Origin: Cenarchaeum sp.
Lineage (GTDB): Archaea; Thermoproteota; Nitrososphaeria; Nitrososphaerales; Nitrosopumilaceae
Length of the DNA stretch: 64,000 nucleotides
Direction of reading: 5' to 3'
Assembly (NCBI GenBank): GCA_965206845.1
Contig: OZ242221.1
Span: forward strand, 1,216,001-1,280,000
Every line of letters begins with the position of its first letter. Position 1 is the stretch's first letter. Positions 40,825 to 51,894 of this stretch are shown one piece after another. Position numbers and translations under genes: made by a program. The notes beneath the pieces were generated by a model. That model did no database searches, was not told the origin of the DNA, and worked only from the letters and a program-made list of their open reading frames with translations.

Positions 40825-42735
40825 GTGAGGACCGATATCTCTTGGATGATTGGCGGCCCTCAGGGAAGCGGTGTGGAATCGGCTGCCAACATATTCTCCA
40901 GGGTGTGCGCCCGTTTGGGCTACCGCATCTTTGGAAAGCGTGAGTTCTACTCCAATATCAAGGGGGAGCACAGCTACTTTGTCGTGAGGGTATCTGACAA
41001 AAAGATACACTCCGGCGTCAGCAGCGTCACGCTGATGGTCTCCTATGATGCAGAGACCATCTTCCGGCACTGCTTCGAGGTCGTTCCCGGGGGCGGCATA
41101 CTGTACGACTCTGATCTTGCGGACGTCTCGATCGACGACGTACACACGTTGGATGGCCCGTTCAAGGCCAGAATCAGACGGATGTTTCTGTCTGCAGGCA
41201 AGCAGCCGACCGTGGCATCGATACTTGAGATGAGCAAGGCACGGGGGGTGATGCTCTACCCGGTGTCCTTTAGGGGCACGCTGGCAGAGATTGCCCAGAG
41301 GGAGGACAATCCCAAGATAAAGGGCATGGTTCGAATGTTTAACACCATCGGGGTCTCCCTGTCCATGGGGCTTCTCAGAATGCCGCCCGGCCCGCTCTTC
41401 AGCTCCATCGAGTTCATCTTTTCAAAAAAGCCCAAGGTGGCCATGCTCAACAGGCAGGTTGCCAACTTTGCCTACAGCTATGCCAGCGCGTCGTTCTCCG
41501 GGTTCAGGCACTTTCTCAGCTCGGTTCCAAAGGAGCCACACACGATGCTTGTGCAGGGCTTTCACGGGACTGCCATCGGCAAGATGGTCTGCGGATGCAG
41601 GTTCCAGCCCTACTACCCCATCACACCTGCCTCTGACGAGTCCGTGTACCTGGAATCAAACGCGATCCTGGACACAATCGGTGATCGCCCTGGATCCGTC
41701 GTGGTGGTCCAGACCGAAGACGAGATCTCGGCCATCGGGATGACCATCGGCGGCGCCCTTACGGGGACCCGCTCCTCCACTTGCACCTCCGGCCCGGGAT
41801 TCTCGCTGATGGCTGAGTGCCTGGGCTGGGCAGGCATGAACGAGGTGCCGATAGTAGTTACAAACTACCAGAGAAGCGGCCCGGCCACCGGCCTGCCAAC
41901 GCGCCACGGCCAGGACGACCTGCTCTTTGCGATACATGCGGGCCACGGCGAGTTCCCAAGAATAGTCTACGCCTCAGGCGACATCGAGGAGAGCTTTTAC
42001 GACACCGCGCGGTGCTTCAACTATGCCGACGTCTACCAGGTGCCGGTAATCCACCTCATGGACAAGTTTCTTGCCAGCTCCACGGTCACATGCCAGCGGT
42101 TTGATCCGGAGCTAGTCGAGATCGACCGTGGAAAGCTGCTGGAGAGGATCGAGCGGGACGACTACCGGCGGTTTGAGCAGACTTCTGACGGAATATCGCC
42201 GCGCTCCAAGCTGGGGCTGGAGAACGGAATATTCTGGAACACCGGCGACGAGAGTGACGAGTATGGGCACATCACGGAAGATCCGGTGACCCGTGTGGAG
42301 ATGATGGACAAGCGCATGGGAAGGCTGGATCGGATTCTGCAGTCGGTTCCAGACGAGGATCAGGCGGTCTCCTTTGGGGTCTCTGAGCATACCGTGGTCA
42401 GCTGGGGCTCTGCCAAGGGACCCGTTGTTGACGCCATCCTGATGCTGCAGGACGAGGGCATAAAGGTGGGTTTTGTACAGATAAAGATGCTTCATCCGTT
42501 TCCCTCGAGCCTGGTGGACTTTCTGCTCAAGGACGCCAAGACCATAATCGATGTGGAGGCAAACCATTCCGGCCAGCTGGGCAAGATCCTCAGGCAAAAC
42601 ACGGGCCGTGAGCCTGACTACTACATCCTCAAGTACTCGGGAAGGATCATGACCTGTACCGAGATATACAACGCCCTCAAACGTATTATTGCGGGAGTGG
42701 CAGACAAAAGGGAGGTTCTGATGCATGGCGCTTAA
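40825..42735 (+). CDS. korA: 2-oxoacid:ferredoxin oxidoreductase alpha subunit
   Basis: [35 protein letters not shown] motifs. Confidence 0.93.
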   Translation: MRTDISWMIGGPQGSGVESAANIFSRVCARLGYRIFGKREFYSNIKGEHSYFVVRVSDKKIHSGVSSVTLMVSYDAETIFRHCFEVVPGGGILYDSDLADVSIDDVHTLDGPFKARIRRMFLSAGKQPTVASILEMSKARGVMLYPVSFRGTLAEIAQREDNPKIKGMVRMFNTIGVSLSMGLLRMPPGPLFSSIEFIFSKKPKVAMLNRQVANFAYSYASASFSGFRHFLSSVPKEPHTMLVQGFHGTAIGKMVCGCRFQPYYPITPASDESVYLESNAILDTIGDRPGSVVVVQTEDEISAIGMTIGGALTGTRSSTCTSGPGFSLMAECLGWAGMNEVPIVVTNYQRSGPATGLPTRHGQDDLLFAIHAGHGEFPRIVYASGDIEESFYDTARCFNYADVYQVPVIHLMDKFLASSTVTCQRFDPELVEIDRGKLLERIERDDYRRFEQTSDGISPRSKLGLENGIFWNTGDESDEYGHITEDPVTRVEMMDKRMGRLDRILQSVPDEDQAVSFGVSEHTVVSWGSAKGPVVDAILMLQDEGIKVGFVQIKMLHPFPSSLVDFLLKDAKTIIDVEANHSGQLGKILRQNTGREPDYYILKYSGRIMTCTEIYNALKRIIAGVADKREVLMHGA

Positions 42736-43687
42736 ACTGGCAGACTACAAGACCGACGTGCACAATGACTGGTGTCCGGGCTGCGGCGACTTTGGAATCG
42801 TCAACGCCATCCAGATGGCCATGGCCGAGCTGCAGATTCCACGGCACCAGGCGGCCATATTCTCGGGGATCGGGTGCTCCGGCAAGACCTCCCACTTCAT
42901 CGACGTGTACGGCATTCACACGCTGCACGGCCGGGTTCTCCCGTTTGCGCAGGGAGCCAAGCTGGCAAACCCGCAGATGACCGTGGTTGCAGCCGGCGGC
43001 GACGGCGACGGCTTGGGAATCGGGGCGGGGCACTTTGTTGCCGCCGGGAGACGGAACATAGACATGACCTATATTGTATTTGACAACGGCGTGTACGGCC
43101 TCACCAAGGGCCAGGCGTCGCCGACACTAAGGCTGGGAGAGAAGACAAAGTCGCTTCCCACCCCCAACGCAAACTACAACGTGAATCCCATCGGACTTGC
43201 TGTAGTCAGCGGGTTCACGTTCGTGGCCCGGGGGTACTCGTACGACGTGCGGCACCTCAAGGATCTGATCAAGGCCGCCATCGCGCATCCCGGGCTTGCA
43301 TTTCTTGACGTGCTGCAGCCCTGCCCCACCTACAACGACATCAACACCAGGGACTGGTACGCCGGCCACGACCTAGCAACCGAGTCACAGGCGCGGCATT
43401 CCCGAATATACAAGCTGGAGGATCAAGGGTACGACCCCGTGGTTCACTACAGCGGGGGGGCAGAGGTTGACGAGCGGCTCAGCCAGGCTCTCATCAGGTC
43501 GCTGGAGTGGGACAGTAAGATACCCATCGGCGTCTTCTACAAGAACGAGCTCGTCGGGCCCTACGAGCATAGAATCATCAACAACATCCCAAACTACATG
43601 GAGAACCCCCCCGCGGCGCAGAGCATTGCCAGAAATGCCAAACCCAGAACCGACATCTCTGGACTGCTGGACTCGCTGGAGATCTAG
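42725..43687 (+). CDS. korB: 2-oxoacid:ferredoxin oxidoreductase beta subunit
   Basis: WCPGCG, SGIGCS, GGDGD, YGLTKGQ motifs. Confidence 0.94.
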   Translation: MALKLADYKTDVHNDWCPGCGDFGIVNAIQMAMAELQIPRHQAAIFSGIGCSGKTSHFIDVYGIHTLHGRVLPFAQGAKLANPQMTVVAAGGDGDGLGIGAGHFVAAGRRNIDMTYIVFDNGVYGLTKGQASPTLRLGEKTKSLPTPNANYNVNPIGLAVVSGFTFVARGYSYDVRHLKDLIKAAIAHPGLAFLDVLQPCPTYNDINTRDWYAGHDLATESQARHSRIYKLEDQGYDPVVHYSGGAEVDERLSQALIRSLEWDSKIPIGVFYKNELVGPYEHRIINNIPNYMENPPAAQSIARNAKPRTDISGLLDSLEI

Positions 43688-43739
43688 CCCCGGCAGACTC
43701 TGCCGGGGTCGGTGACTGCCGGATCGTGCCCGGCGCCCG

Positions 43740-44261
43740 TCAGGCGTCATCTGTCATGGTGTACCGCCTCGTGCCTGCCTGCACTTCGTGGAGCCTCCAC
43801 CTCTTTGCGCCCTCGTCGAACCGGTACGTCATATCCGAGACATCCTGCGGCATCTTTGGCGACCCCATGTGGTACGGAAGCAGCTCCAGCACAAAGTCTA
43901 TCTTCTCCAGCGCGTTGTTGTACCACTGCCGGTCCCCGGCGTCCAGGACGAACCTTATCGAGGGACTGCCGGCAAAGTTGATGGTTATCTTGAGCGCGTT
44001 GTTTCGGCCGCGGCGCCGCTTCATCTCCTTGAGGAGCGCCTTGACGTTCTCCCACCTCCTAAAGTCAAACCACTCAAAGAACTCCTCTGAGAACGCCACC
44101 GGAATATCGATGTGCATGACGCTGGCAAAGCCAGCATAGTCCGGCTCAAGCTCCTCCTGGGTAATTTTGAATCTGGAATTGAGATAGCTGTACACCACCT
44201 CTATCTCCCATGGCGAGATGCCGTAGTATCGCAGGCCAGCCTTGAGAGGTTCATCGCTCAA
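43740..44261 (-). CDS. Hypothetical protein
   Basis: 173-aa ORF with globular composition filling the gap after korB. Confidence 0.7.
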   Translation of the reverse strand: MSDEPLKAGLRYYGISPWEIEVVYSYLNSRFKITQEELEPDYAGFASVMHIDIPVAFSEEFFEWFDFRRWENVKALLKEMKRRRGRNNALKITINFAGSPSIRFVLDAGDRQWYNNALEKIDFVLELLPYHMGSPKMPQDVSDMTYRFDEGAKRWRLHEVQAGTRRYTMTDDA

Positions 44262-44845
44262 CGATCTCAGGGGCGGGGTTTTCTAATTAAAGGTTCACCG
44301 GCGTGTAGCGCGAGCCTGCGTCTGCCTCTGCGTGATCTGCAGATGGCAACCGTGTGGCAGTTGCCGCACCGGCCTAGCCGCCTGTGGCCGCATCAAACAG
44401 CGCGCACTCGCAACTGTCGCGTTCTCCGCAAAAAGGGCAGACACATCGACACATCTCAATGGGATTTGAGCATGTTACGCAGATTGCAAACTCCTCGTAT
44501 GGTACATCGTCTGCCATTAATTTCCAGTGAAACCTAATGCTATAAATGGTTTAAGACGGCTGTTTGGGAACTGCACAATCGTGCTCCGTAGTCGCGTTGA
44601 GGCAGGCGCACCACATACCAAAAATGGTTCGCGATACTCTTGTATGGTACGTGGCGCCACATGTGGCGGCCATGTCTTTGATCGAAGGATCAATTCACGC
44701 CCAGCACGAGCCAGCCTGTGAGTGACAGGACATGCGCAAGGCGTAATCGGGCACCGGTTTTCAAGTACCATTCCGCGCGGCTCGATGGGATCCGGATAGC
44801 AGGTAGGAAAACCACGGCGGCATAAGGAAGGCACACCTATTGACG

Positions 44846-45106
44846 TCAGAGCTGAATCAGGCTGTCGGGACTTGCATTTATGCAGTCAGTGCCCACAGCT
44901 TTCAGTGTGGTAAACCTGATCTTGCCCTGCGGAACAATCTGCCGCTTCTGGAGTGATGCCATCGTGTCCGACATCTTGTGCCTGTGAAGCTGACACACAA
45001 CACCCACCATGTACTCCCCGTCCTCGGACATGACCGATATGACAAATGTGGGCGGGTTTACACAGCGTCGCTCATTTGCTACTATTGAGCACCTGTCAGG
45101 CAGCAT
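44846..45106 (-). CDS. Small Cys/His-containing hypothetical protein
   Basis: MLPDRCS...CVNPP...GVVCQLH...GTDCI. Confidence 0.65.
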   Translation of the reverse strand: MLPDRCSIVANERRCVNPPTFVISVMSEDGEYMVGVVCQLHRHKMSDTMASLQKRQIVPQGKIRFTTLKAVGTDCINASPDSLIQL

Positions 45107-45328
45107 AATCCGCAGGGCTACTCCATGGGATATTAAGATTGGCCGTTCGCATTCATAACCACAGAGGGCCGGGTTGGACATGGGTCAAACCCTCGCCTTC
45201 GACCGTACCGGTCATTATTTATGCAAAAACTTGCACAGAATTGTCAGAAATATCCAAATTAATCTAACCTCTTGCATATAAGTTGCAGCTATGATTAAAT
45301 ACTTCAGCAATTATCGTATGATGTTACA

Positions 45329-46748
45329 ATGACATCTTCTAGACTTGGTATGAAAAATGCAAAATCCCTTCTCTTTGCCGTTTTTATAACTGGAATCATG
45401 GTGGCAGCCGGCCCTATGGCATACGCTGGAAGCGGTTATAATTCCAACTCTACAGGACATGACAAGGACGAACGCATGGAATCATACTCTATGATGAGTC
45501 CAATGCCTGACGAGTCTGGAAGGTACAGCGCACCGCAGCAACAGCTGAGTGACGGGGTTCCTATTTACAAGATCCAGTGTAATGATCCATTGATGCTGTA
45601 CATCAGGGATGCACCAGACCTTGATACCATGATGAGTATGATGGACAAATCGATGGGTGACCATATGGACATGAAGGACGATGCTATGGATGGCATGGAG
45701 GACGACAGCATGTCAGACGATGCCATGGAAGATGACGCCATGTCATGGAAGAGACGATGACCATGGAAGATGACGCCATGTCAGACGATGCCATGGAAGA
45801 TGACGCCATGTCAGACGATGCCATGGAAGATGACGCCATGTCAGACGATGCCATGGAAGATGACGCCATGTCAGACGATGCCATGGAAGATGACGCCATG
45901 TCAGACGATGCCATGGAAGATGACGCCATGTCAGACGATGCCATGGAAGATGACGCCATGTCAGACGATGCCATGGAAGATGACGCCATGTCAGACGATG
46001 CCATGGAAGATGACGCCATGTCAGACGATGCCATGGAAGATGACGCCATGTCAGACGATGCCATGGAAGAGACGCCATGTCAGACGATGCCATGGAAGAT
46101 GACGCCATGTCAGACGATGCCATGGAAGATGACGCCATGTCAGACGATGCCATGGAAGATGACGCCATGTCAGACGATGCCATGGAAGATGACGCCATGT
46201 CAGACGATGCCATGGAAGATGACGCCATGTCAGACGATGCCATGGAAGATGACGCCATGTCAGACGATGCCATGGAAGATGACGCCATGTCAGACGATGC
46301 CATGGAAGATGACGCCATGTCAGACGATGCCATGGAAGATGACGCCATGTCAGACGATGCCATGGAAGATGACGCCATGTCAGACGATGCCATGGAAGAT
46401 GACGCCATGTCAGACGACAGCATGAAAGACGGGCGGATGGATTCCGGCATGATGTCCATGAAGATGGCCTTCGATGATGCCACGCCGTTATGCCTTAGCC
46501 CTGATACGGCTGAAATCCTAACAGAACGCGGCATAGATTTGACACTGTTTTCAACTTTGCACGACGCCATGGTGGAAAAATACGACACTATGACCATGAA
46601 GGACGATGCCATGGAAGATGACGCCATGTCAGACGATGCCATGGAAGATGACGCCATGTCAGACGATGCCATGGAAGATGATGCCATGTCAGACGATGCC
46701 ATGGAAGATGATGCCATGTCAGACGATGCCATGGAAGACAATCCATAG
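45329..46748 (+). CDS. Exported Met/Asp-repeat protein; two apparent frameshifts (near 45745 and 46070)
   Basis: Signal peptide; split two-Cys module; MSDDAMEDDA repeats read across three successive frames. Confidence 0.7.
45761..46419 (+). repeat. 30-bp tandem repeat x22
   Basis: Unit ccatggaagatgacgccatgtcagacgatg; unit 11 lacks one T. Confidence 0.97.
46609..46738 (+). repeat. Second array of the 30-bp repeat x about 4.3
   Basis: Same unit; last two full copies carry gat for gac. Confidence 0.95.
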
Positions 46749-47122
46749 ATGCTGCAACTGCAACAATAATGGGAACATCATTGACAACCTGATCATGCTT
46801 GGCACGGGCAAGTGCTATTCTGTTTGTGTGTAACCTGCAAGGAGATCAGGGCATGGCCCTTTGCTATCTGCCCAGCTTGGTACATGGCGCCTGACCCGTC
46901 AATGCGCATATGTCAGCTCCCGAAACCCGGCAGATCCAGAAGACGCTAAACTGGGCAGCTGCACTCCTGGGAGGAAAGGGTTTGGAAGCAGAGATCCTGT
47001 ACGTGGTAAATCTGAACCTGGTCACTGTTTGTAATCAATGCATGTGCGCCAAAATTGTGCCCGAATCTGGGCACTCGTCGGAATGATTTGGTTATATAAC
47101 TGACGCATCATGTAGAGCATAA

Positions 47123-48427
47123 TTGGCGCAGAGATTTGATCTGGTAATTGTTGGCGGCGGAATCCTTGGCGTATCGCTGTCGTACTTTGCCTCGTTTCTG
47201 AACCCCGGTAAAAAGATCGCAGTGGTGGAGCAGGAGCACCGGGTGGCCTTTCACACCAGCGGCAGAAACACGGGCAAGGTTCATGCGCCATACCTGTACC
47301 ACCCGGTGAAGAAGAGATCCATGGCAAGGGCCGCCTTCTGCGGATTTGACATGTGGGAGACGTATGCGCGGGAGAAGGGGCTGCCCTTCAAGAGGGACGG
47401 GGTACTGGAGGTATCGCTTGATGCGGCCGGAACCAAAACCCTGGAAAAGTATCTCCGATGGGGAATAAGAAACGGCCTGACCGAGGACGACATCGAGCTC
47501 GTTACCGCGGAGCAGCTGGGGAAGATCGAGCCTGCGGTCCGGTGCCACTCGGCTCTGCGCGTCCACCGGGACGGCTCTGCGGACTATGCTGCGTTTACGG
47601 ATTCACTGATGAGGGACAGCCGCAGCTCGGGAGTGGAGCTTCTTTTGGGCATGGGGGTGATTAAGATTGCCCGAGCCGGCGACTGGGAGATAACTCTGGA
47701 TGGCGACATCTCGATCACCGCGGGCTTTGTGATAAATGCCGCCGGCGGTAGGGCAGTTGACATAGCGCACAGCGTGGGTGTGGCCGAAGACCTAACTGAC
47801 GTGCACTTTAGGGGCGAGTACTGGAGGGCGCCCCACAGACACCGAAACCTGACCCGGACCAGCGTCTACTCTGTGCCAGACTTCCCCGAGTACCCGTTCC
47901 TGGATCCACACTGGATAATCAGGGTGGACGGCAGCTGCGAGATCGGGCCCAACGCAGTACCGGTCTTCAGCCCATACGGGTACGACCGTGCAGAGAATGT
48001 CAGAAGGTTTGTACCCAAGGTTCTAGAGATGCTGGGGTCTGGCGCACGCAAGGCCATCTTTGATAGGCGGTTCCGGGAGCTGGCGCTGAACGAGATCCAG
48101 TCGTCGATCTCCAAACCCGCAATGGTTGAGAGGGTGAGGCGGTTTCTGCCCGCGCTAAACGCAGACGAGTTTACCCAGCGCGGCACGGCGGGAATCCGGT
48201 CGTCGGTGATTGATGATCGTGGCCGATTCCTCCCAGAAGCAGTTCTAGTGGAGGGTGAGTCGTCCCTTCACATACTCAACTATAACTCCCCCGGGGCCAC
48301 GGGAGCGCTTCCCTTTGTGGCGCAAACACTACACATGCTCTCAGAGAGGGGTCACTTTGTGAACCAGCTCCAGGATGCCCGGTGCGGTCCCTGGAAGTTT
48401 GGAGACATCCTAGAGAGGATCCTGTAG
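47123..48427 (+). CDS. FAD-dependent oxidoreductase (L-2-hydroxyglutarate oxidase family)
   Basis: VGGGILG, HTSGRNTG, FRGEY, IGPNA, SPGAT motifs. Confidence 0.87.
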   Translation: MAQRFDLVIVGGGILGVSLSYFASFLNPGKKIAVVEQEHRVAFHTSGRNTGKVHAPYLYHPVKKRSMARAAFCGFDMWETYAREKGLPFKRDGVLEVSLDAAGTKTLEKYLRWGIRNGLTEDDIELVTAEQLGKIEPAVRCHSALRVHRDGSADYAAFTDSLMRDSRSSGVELLLGMGVIKIARAGDWEITLDGDISITAGFVINAAGGRAVDIAHSVGVAEDLTDVHFRGEYWRAPHRHRNLTRTSVYSVPDFPEYPFLDPHWIIRVDGSCEIGPNAVPVFSPYGYDRAENVRRFVPKVLEMLGSGARKAIFDRRFRELALNEIQSSISKPAMVERVRRFLPALNADEFTQRGTAGIRSSVIDDRGRFLPEAVLVEGESSLHILNYNSPGATGALPFVAQTLHMLSERGHFVNQLQDARCGPWKFGDILERIL

Positions 48428-48540
48428 GGATGCGGCCTTGCCGTACCCATACCGCCCGTACCGGTGCATGGGCCGGGTGTACGCATCCGTACGGGTATCA
48501 TGCCTTGATTGTGGCGCAAGGGCAACCCGTACCCATAAAT

Positions 48541-49092
48541 CTAGATTGTCAGTATGTACTTCCACAGGTAAAGGCTACCCACTGCTCCTATGAAGAGCGC
48601 CATGGGCTTCCACGCCAGTACCGGTATACTGGGAGTTGATAGCTTTATCCTGTAGTTGTCAAAGACCTCGTGCACGAACTTGCTGATCCGGCTGTTCCAG
48701 ATCCTGTACTCTACTCCATGCTTTTTGAGCATCTGCCCTATCTCGTAAACCACCGGAGTCCTCTGGCAGAAGAGGTGCTGCAGGTAGTCCCTGGACACCT
48801 CAACCTCTGCGTGTATGGCAACCAGATCTTTTTTGAGACGTGTCATCCTGATGTGCATCTCCCATGGCTTCTTCAGCTTCAGGTTGAGACCACTTCCAAT
48901 CTGGTTGGGTTGCTTGTGCTCAAACTTTACCTTTGTGAATCCCTCCTCATCGAAGATCTTGCTCATCTCATCAAAGCTCTTCTTTACTACTACATGCAGC
49001 TGCTCCACACCGGCAAGGCTGTCGGCTCTGATGATTCCCTTGATCCCGTCAAGGAACGAGATCGACTTTGGATATGTGGTTACGAACTCCAA
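48541..49092 (-). CDS. Hypothetical protein with C-terminal TM
   Basis: 183-aa ORF; WEMHIR and EVEVSRDYLQH; hydrophobic tail. Confidence 0.7.
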   Translation of the reverse strand: MEFVTTYPKSISFLDGIKGIIRADSLAGVEQLHVVVKKSFDEMSKIFDEEGFTKVKFEHKQPNQIGSGLNLKLKKPWEMHIRMTRLKKDLVAIHAEVEVSRDYLQHLFCQRTPVVYEIGQMLKKHGVEYRIWNSRISKFVHEVFDNYRIKLSTPSIPVLAWKPMALFIGAVGSLYLWKYILTI

Positions 49093-49225
49093 TTGCTTTC
49101 GCCTCGTAAAACCCTCTATTTAAAACTGATTTGCAGCTTTTTTTAACGAACCGAGTTGCTTGCGCTACCTGGACCTGCCTGGGGTCCTATGGGCCTTGAT
49201 CCGGTACCTGGCTTACCGGAACAGA

Positions 49226-50014
49226 TCATCCGAACTCTGGGGCTTGGGTATGCTTGGCCAGGGAACGGACGTACAGGCACCTGTCCGGGGAGACTGCCGC
49301 CTCCCGGGGTTCGATCCTCCTTCCCACGATCCTTGCCCCCGAGTTCCGTATCAGCGCCGCCGGTGTTGACTGGGCGCCCTCGCCCATGGTGTGGTTGCCC
49401 GCAGTGGCCAGGTTGTCGGCTACTGCCTGGAACGTAACCCTGAGCGGGTTGCCGTCCAGATCCTTCTGCCCCCTCATGTCTGTCACGGGTTCGATCCCGG
49501 CACAACCTATGGCGACTCCGGTGGTTCCAGCCCGTCCCGGCATCAGCCTGCTGTCGGCTATCACGACCCCTGTGCTGGTCGTGTATCTCAAAAAGATCTT
49601 TCTGCGGATCTGCTCTGCTGCCAGGTATGGCTCCTGCGGATAGAGTACTATTCTGCCCCTGCCGGCACTGGATCTGTCTATTCCGGCGTTTGGCGCAATG
49701 ATGCCGTCGGCCACAGTGAGGACAAAGCCCGCAGTGCCGCCAAATGCCTCATCCGACTCCCGCAGTATGGCCTCGGCGATCTCCTGCGGTATCCTGTACC
49801 TTCGTCCCATCTCTGCGGCTTGTGCGGATCCGGCGATCCTCGCGACGGAGATCGTCCGTCCCTGCGAGACTGCGAGGTATTTGCTGGATATCACCAGCAC
49901 ATCCTCATTCTGGGGCTCAAGGCCGCTCTTCTGCAGGGCCCGGGCCAGCTCCTCAAAGACATCAAACTCTTCGTCCTGCCTGTCGGCCCTGAGCGGATAC
50001 GCTGCAAGCTGCAC
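49226..50014 (-). CDS. cofE: Coenzyme F420-0:L-glutamate ligase
   Basis: ISSK, PNAGIDRS, IADS, DMRGQKDLDG, MGEG motifs; GTG start inferred. Confidence 0.92.
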   Translation of the reverse strand: MQLAAYPLRADRQDEEFDVFEELARALQKSGLEPQNEDVLVISSKYLAVSQGRTISVARIAGSAQAAEMGRRYRIPQEIAEAILRESDEAFGGTAGFVLTVADGIIAPNAGIDRSSAGRGRIVLYPQEPYLAAEQIRRKIFLRYTTSTGVVIADSRLMPGRAGTTGVAIGCAGIEPVTDMRGQKDLDGNPLRVTFQAVADNLATAGNHTMGEGAQSTPAALIRNSGARIVGRRIEPREAAVSPDRCLYVRSLAKHTQAPEFG

Positions 50015-50129
50015 GATCCAAGGTGGCGCAGTCTCTTTTTTTACTCTTGTGAAGCCGTACCAGATTGTGTCTTTTATTGCATGCAATTCTGCGAATCTTC
50101 GATAAAACCTTAAAATTCGGGCCTGGCTA

Positions 50130-50504
50130 ATGTTCCCTATGGCAGACCAGACAGATGTGGAGGTAAGAGAGGAACTGGTGCCAAAGACCTACACTCCAGA
50201 AGAGATCGCTGATATAGCAAGAATGGTCGAGACGCCCAGGGACAACACCCCGCCCTACGACCCGCAGCACCAGCTCAGTCCCGAGTTTGGTGGAACATCC
50301 AGCTATGAGATAGGCATGCGGGACATGAAGCGGGAGGCCATGGACAGACTGGAGCGTCTGCAGCAGAACCCCGATGTCCGCCCCCAAGAGATCAAGGAGG
50401 CGCAGGAGGCCCTCAAGACACTGGACTGCCTATATGAGAACTTTAATCTGGGGATGAATGTCTTCCGTACCGCCAAGGGCGGACGGGACAAGCTCCGGGG
50501 GTAG
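50130..50504 (+). CDS. Hypothetical protein
   Basis: 124-aa ORF divergent from cofE, preceded by an AT-rich promoter-like stretch. Confidence 0.65.
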   Translation: MFPMADQTDVEVREELVPKTYTPEEIADIARMVETPRDNTPPYDPQHQLSPEFGGTSSYEIGMRDMKREAMDRLERLQQNPDVRPQEIKEAQEALKTLDCLYENFNLGMNVFRTAKGGRDKLRG

Positions 50505-50747
50505 ACCGGCGGCTTCATCTTCAGTTAACCCAAAAGTGCCACTATGGGGGCGAGATCCCGGTCGGAACAGATCAATGAGGGGGTGCCCCTTTATGGTTCC
50601 AAGCAAAAACCGCCCGAAGCGCACTTGCCGGCGCAATCGGGCTGATGTGGTTATATCGTGGGTGTCATGGGTGCAGGCTTGTCACGCGTTCCGCTATCCG
50701 ACATGGGGCGTACTACTTTTCGGACTAGATAAACCCCCGACTACAGA

Positions 50748-51885
50748 AGCTGTGTCCTACAAGCATATATGAACTGGAATCGGTTCTGTCGATTTGATTC
50801 ATTTGGAAACATGTGGCTCAAGACGTTTGAGGCCTTCGAGGGGTGCGGGATACCGATCAAGCTTGCCAACACGTACAAGATGAAGATAATATCGGACACC
50901 GACGTCAAGACGGATCCCATCGACGCGCAAAAGATTGCAAACGCGCTGCACGTGGGGATTATCCCAGAATGCTACGTGGCACCATCGGATTTGCGCGATG
51001 TCAGGGAACTGCTCAGGTACAGGATAAGCATGGTTCAGGCAAGGACTGCCCTGATCAACTACACGCACGGCTTGCTTGACAAGTACGACGTGATGCCAGA
51101 CGTCTCAAGGATGCACAGCAAAAAGGCCATCAGGCTGCTTTCGCAGATACGCCTTAAGAAACCAAATGACAACATGATCCTGCAAAACTGCGTCAAAAGG
51201 ATTGCACATGCCACAGAGCAGATATCTGGCATCGAGGCAGAGATAGACAGGCAGGCCGCAGTCAACGAGGATGTGAAACTGCTGATGAGCATGACTGGCA
51301 TAGAGGCGTTTGCCGCGATGCTGCTGGTATCTGAGATTGGCGGCATCACCAGGTTCAAGACCGCAGACAGACTGGTCTCATGGACCGGGATGTGTCCGCG
51401 AGTCTACCAGTCCGGCAACGTGACGCACCACGGCCGCATGAAAAAGGCGTCAAACCGAAGGGTAAACTGGATAATGATCCAAGCAGCCAACGTGGCAGTG
51501 CGCCATGATGACAGACTGAAGTGGTTCTATCAAAATGCCAAGACAAGGCACGGTGGCAACCACCCGATTGCCATAACACACGTGGCAAACAAGATGGTGA
51601 GGATCATCTGGAAGATGCTGACTGCCAAGGAACCATACGAGTCCCATGACGCAAGCAGATATGCCAAAAAGATGAAAAGAATGAAGAAGATTCTGCAGTA
51701 GGTGCACGGGGCGGACTGGCCAGCTAGGCTGGCCCGCACCAGTACATTTTCTGCAATCCAATTCCTAGCGCTAGCTTTAAAGTTGTACGCGCGTAACCTA
51801 GGCGTGGATCAGAAGTCAGACGGAATCAACGCTTGACTATGACCGGATGTTTTAACATAGGTGGTTATGCCTGTAGGACACAGCC
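50748..51885 (+). mobile_element. Non-autonomous IS5-type element carrying an IS110 fragment
   Basis: TIR agctgtgtcctacaagcata / tatgcctgtaggacacagcc (18/20), same core as the adjacent IS5 ends. Confidence 0.75.
50769..51701 (+). pseudogene. IS110-family recombinase, N-terminally truncated
   Basis: KTDPIDA, EIGGITRF, GMCPRVYQSG motifs; first DEDD acidic strand (GID-type) absent. Confidence 0.85.
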
Positions 51886-51894
51886 TCTGTAGTC

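Noticed and set aside
44262-44845. Possible RNase P/SRP RNA or small gene
   Set aside because: No conserved signature found by eye; an Infernal/Rfam scan would be needed
45761-46419. 30-bp repeat array as a CRISPR
   Set aside because: Units are head-to-tail with no spacers, encode protein, and no cas genes are present
45684-46741. Antisense repeat ORFs (MASSSMASSD, WHRLTWRHLP)
   Set aside because: Shadow frames of a stop-free repeat, with no independent start context
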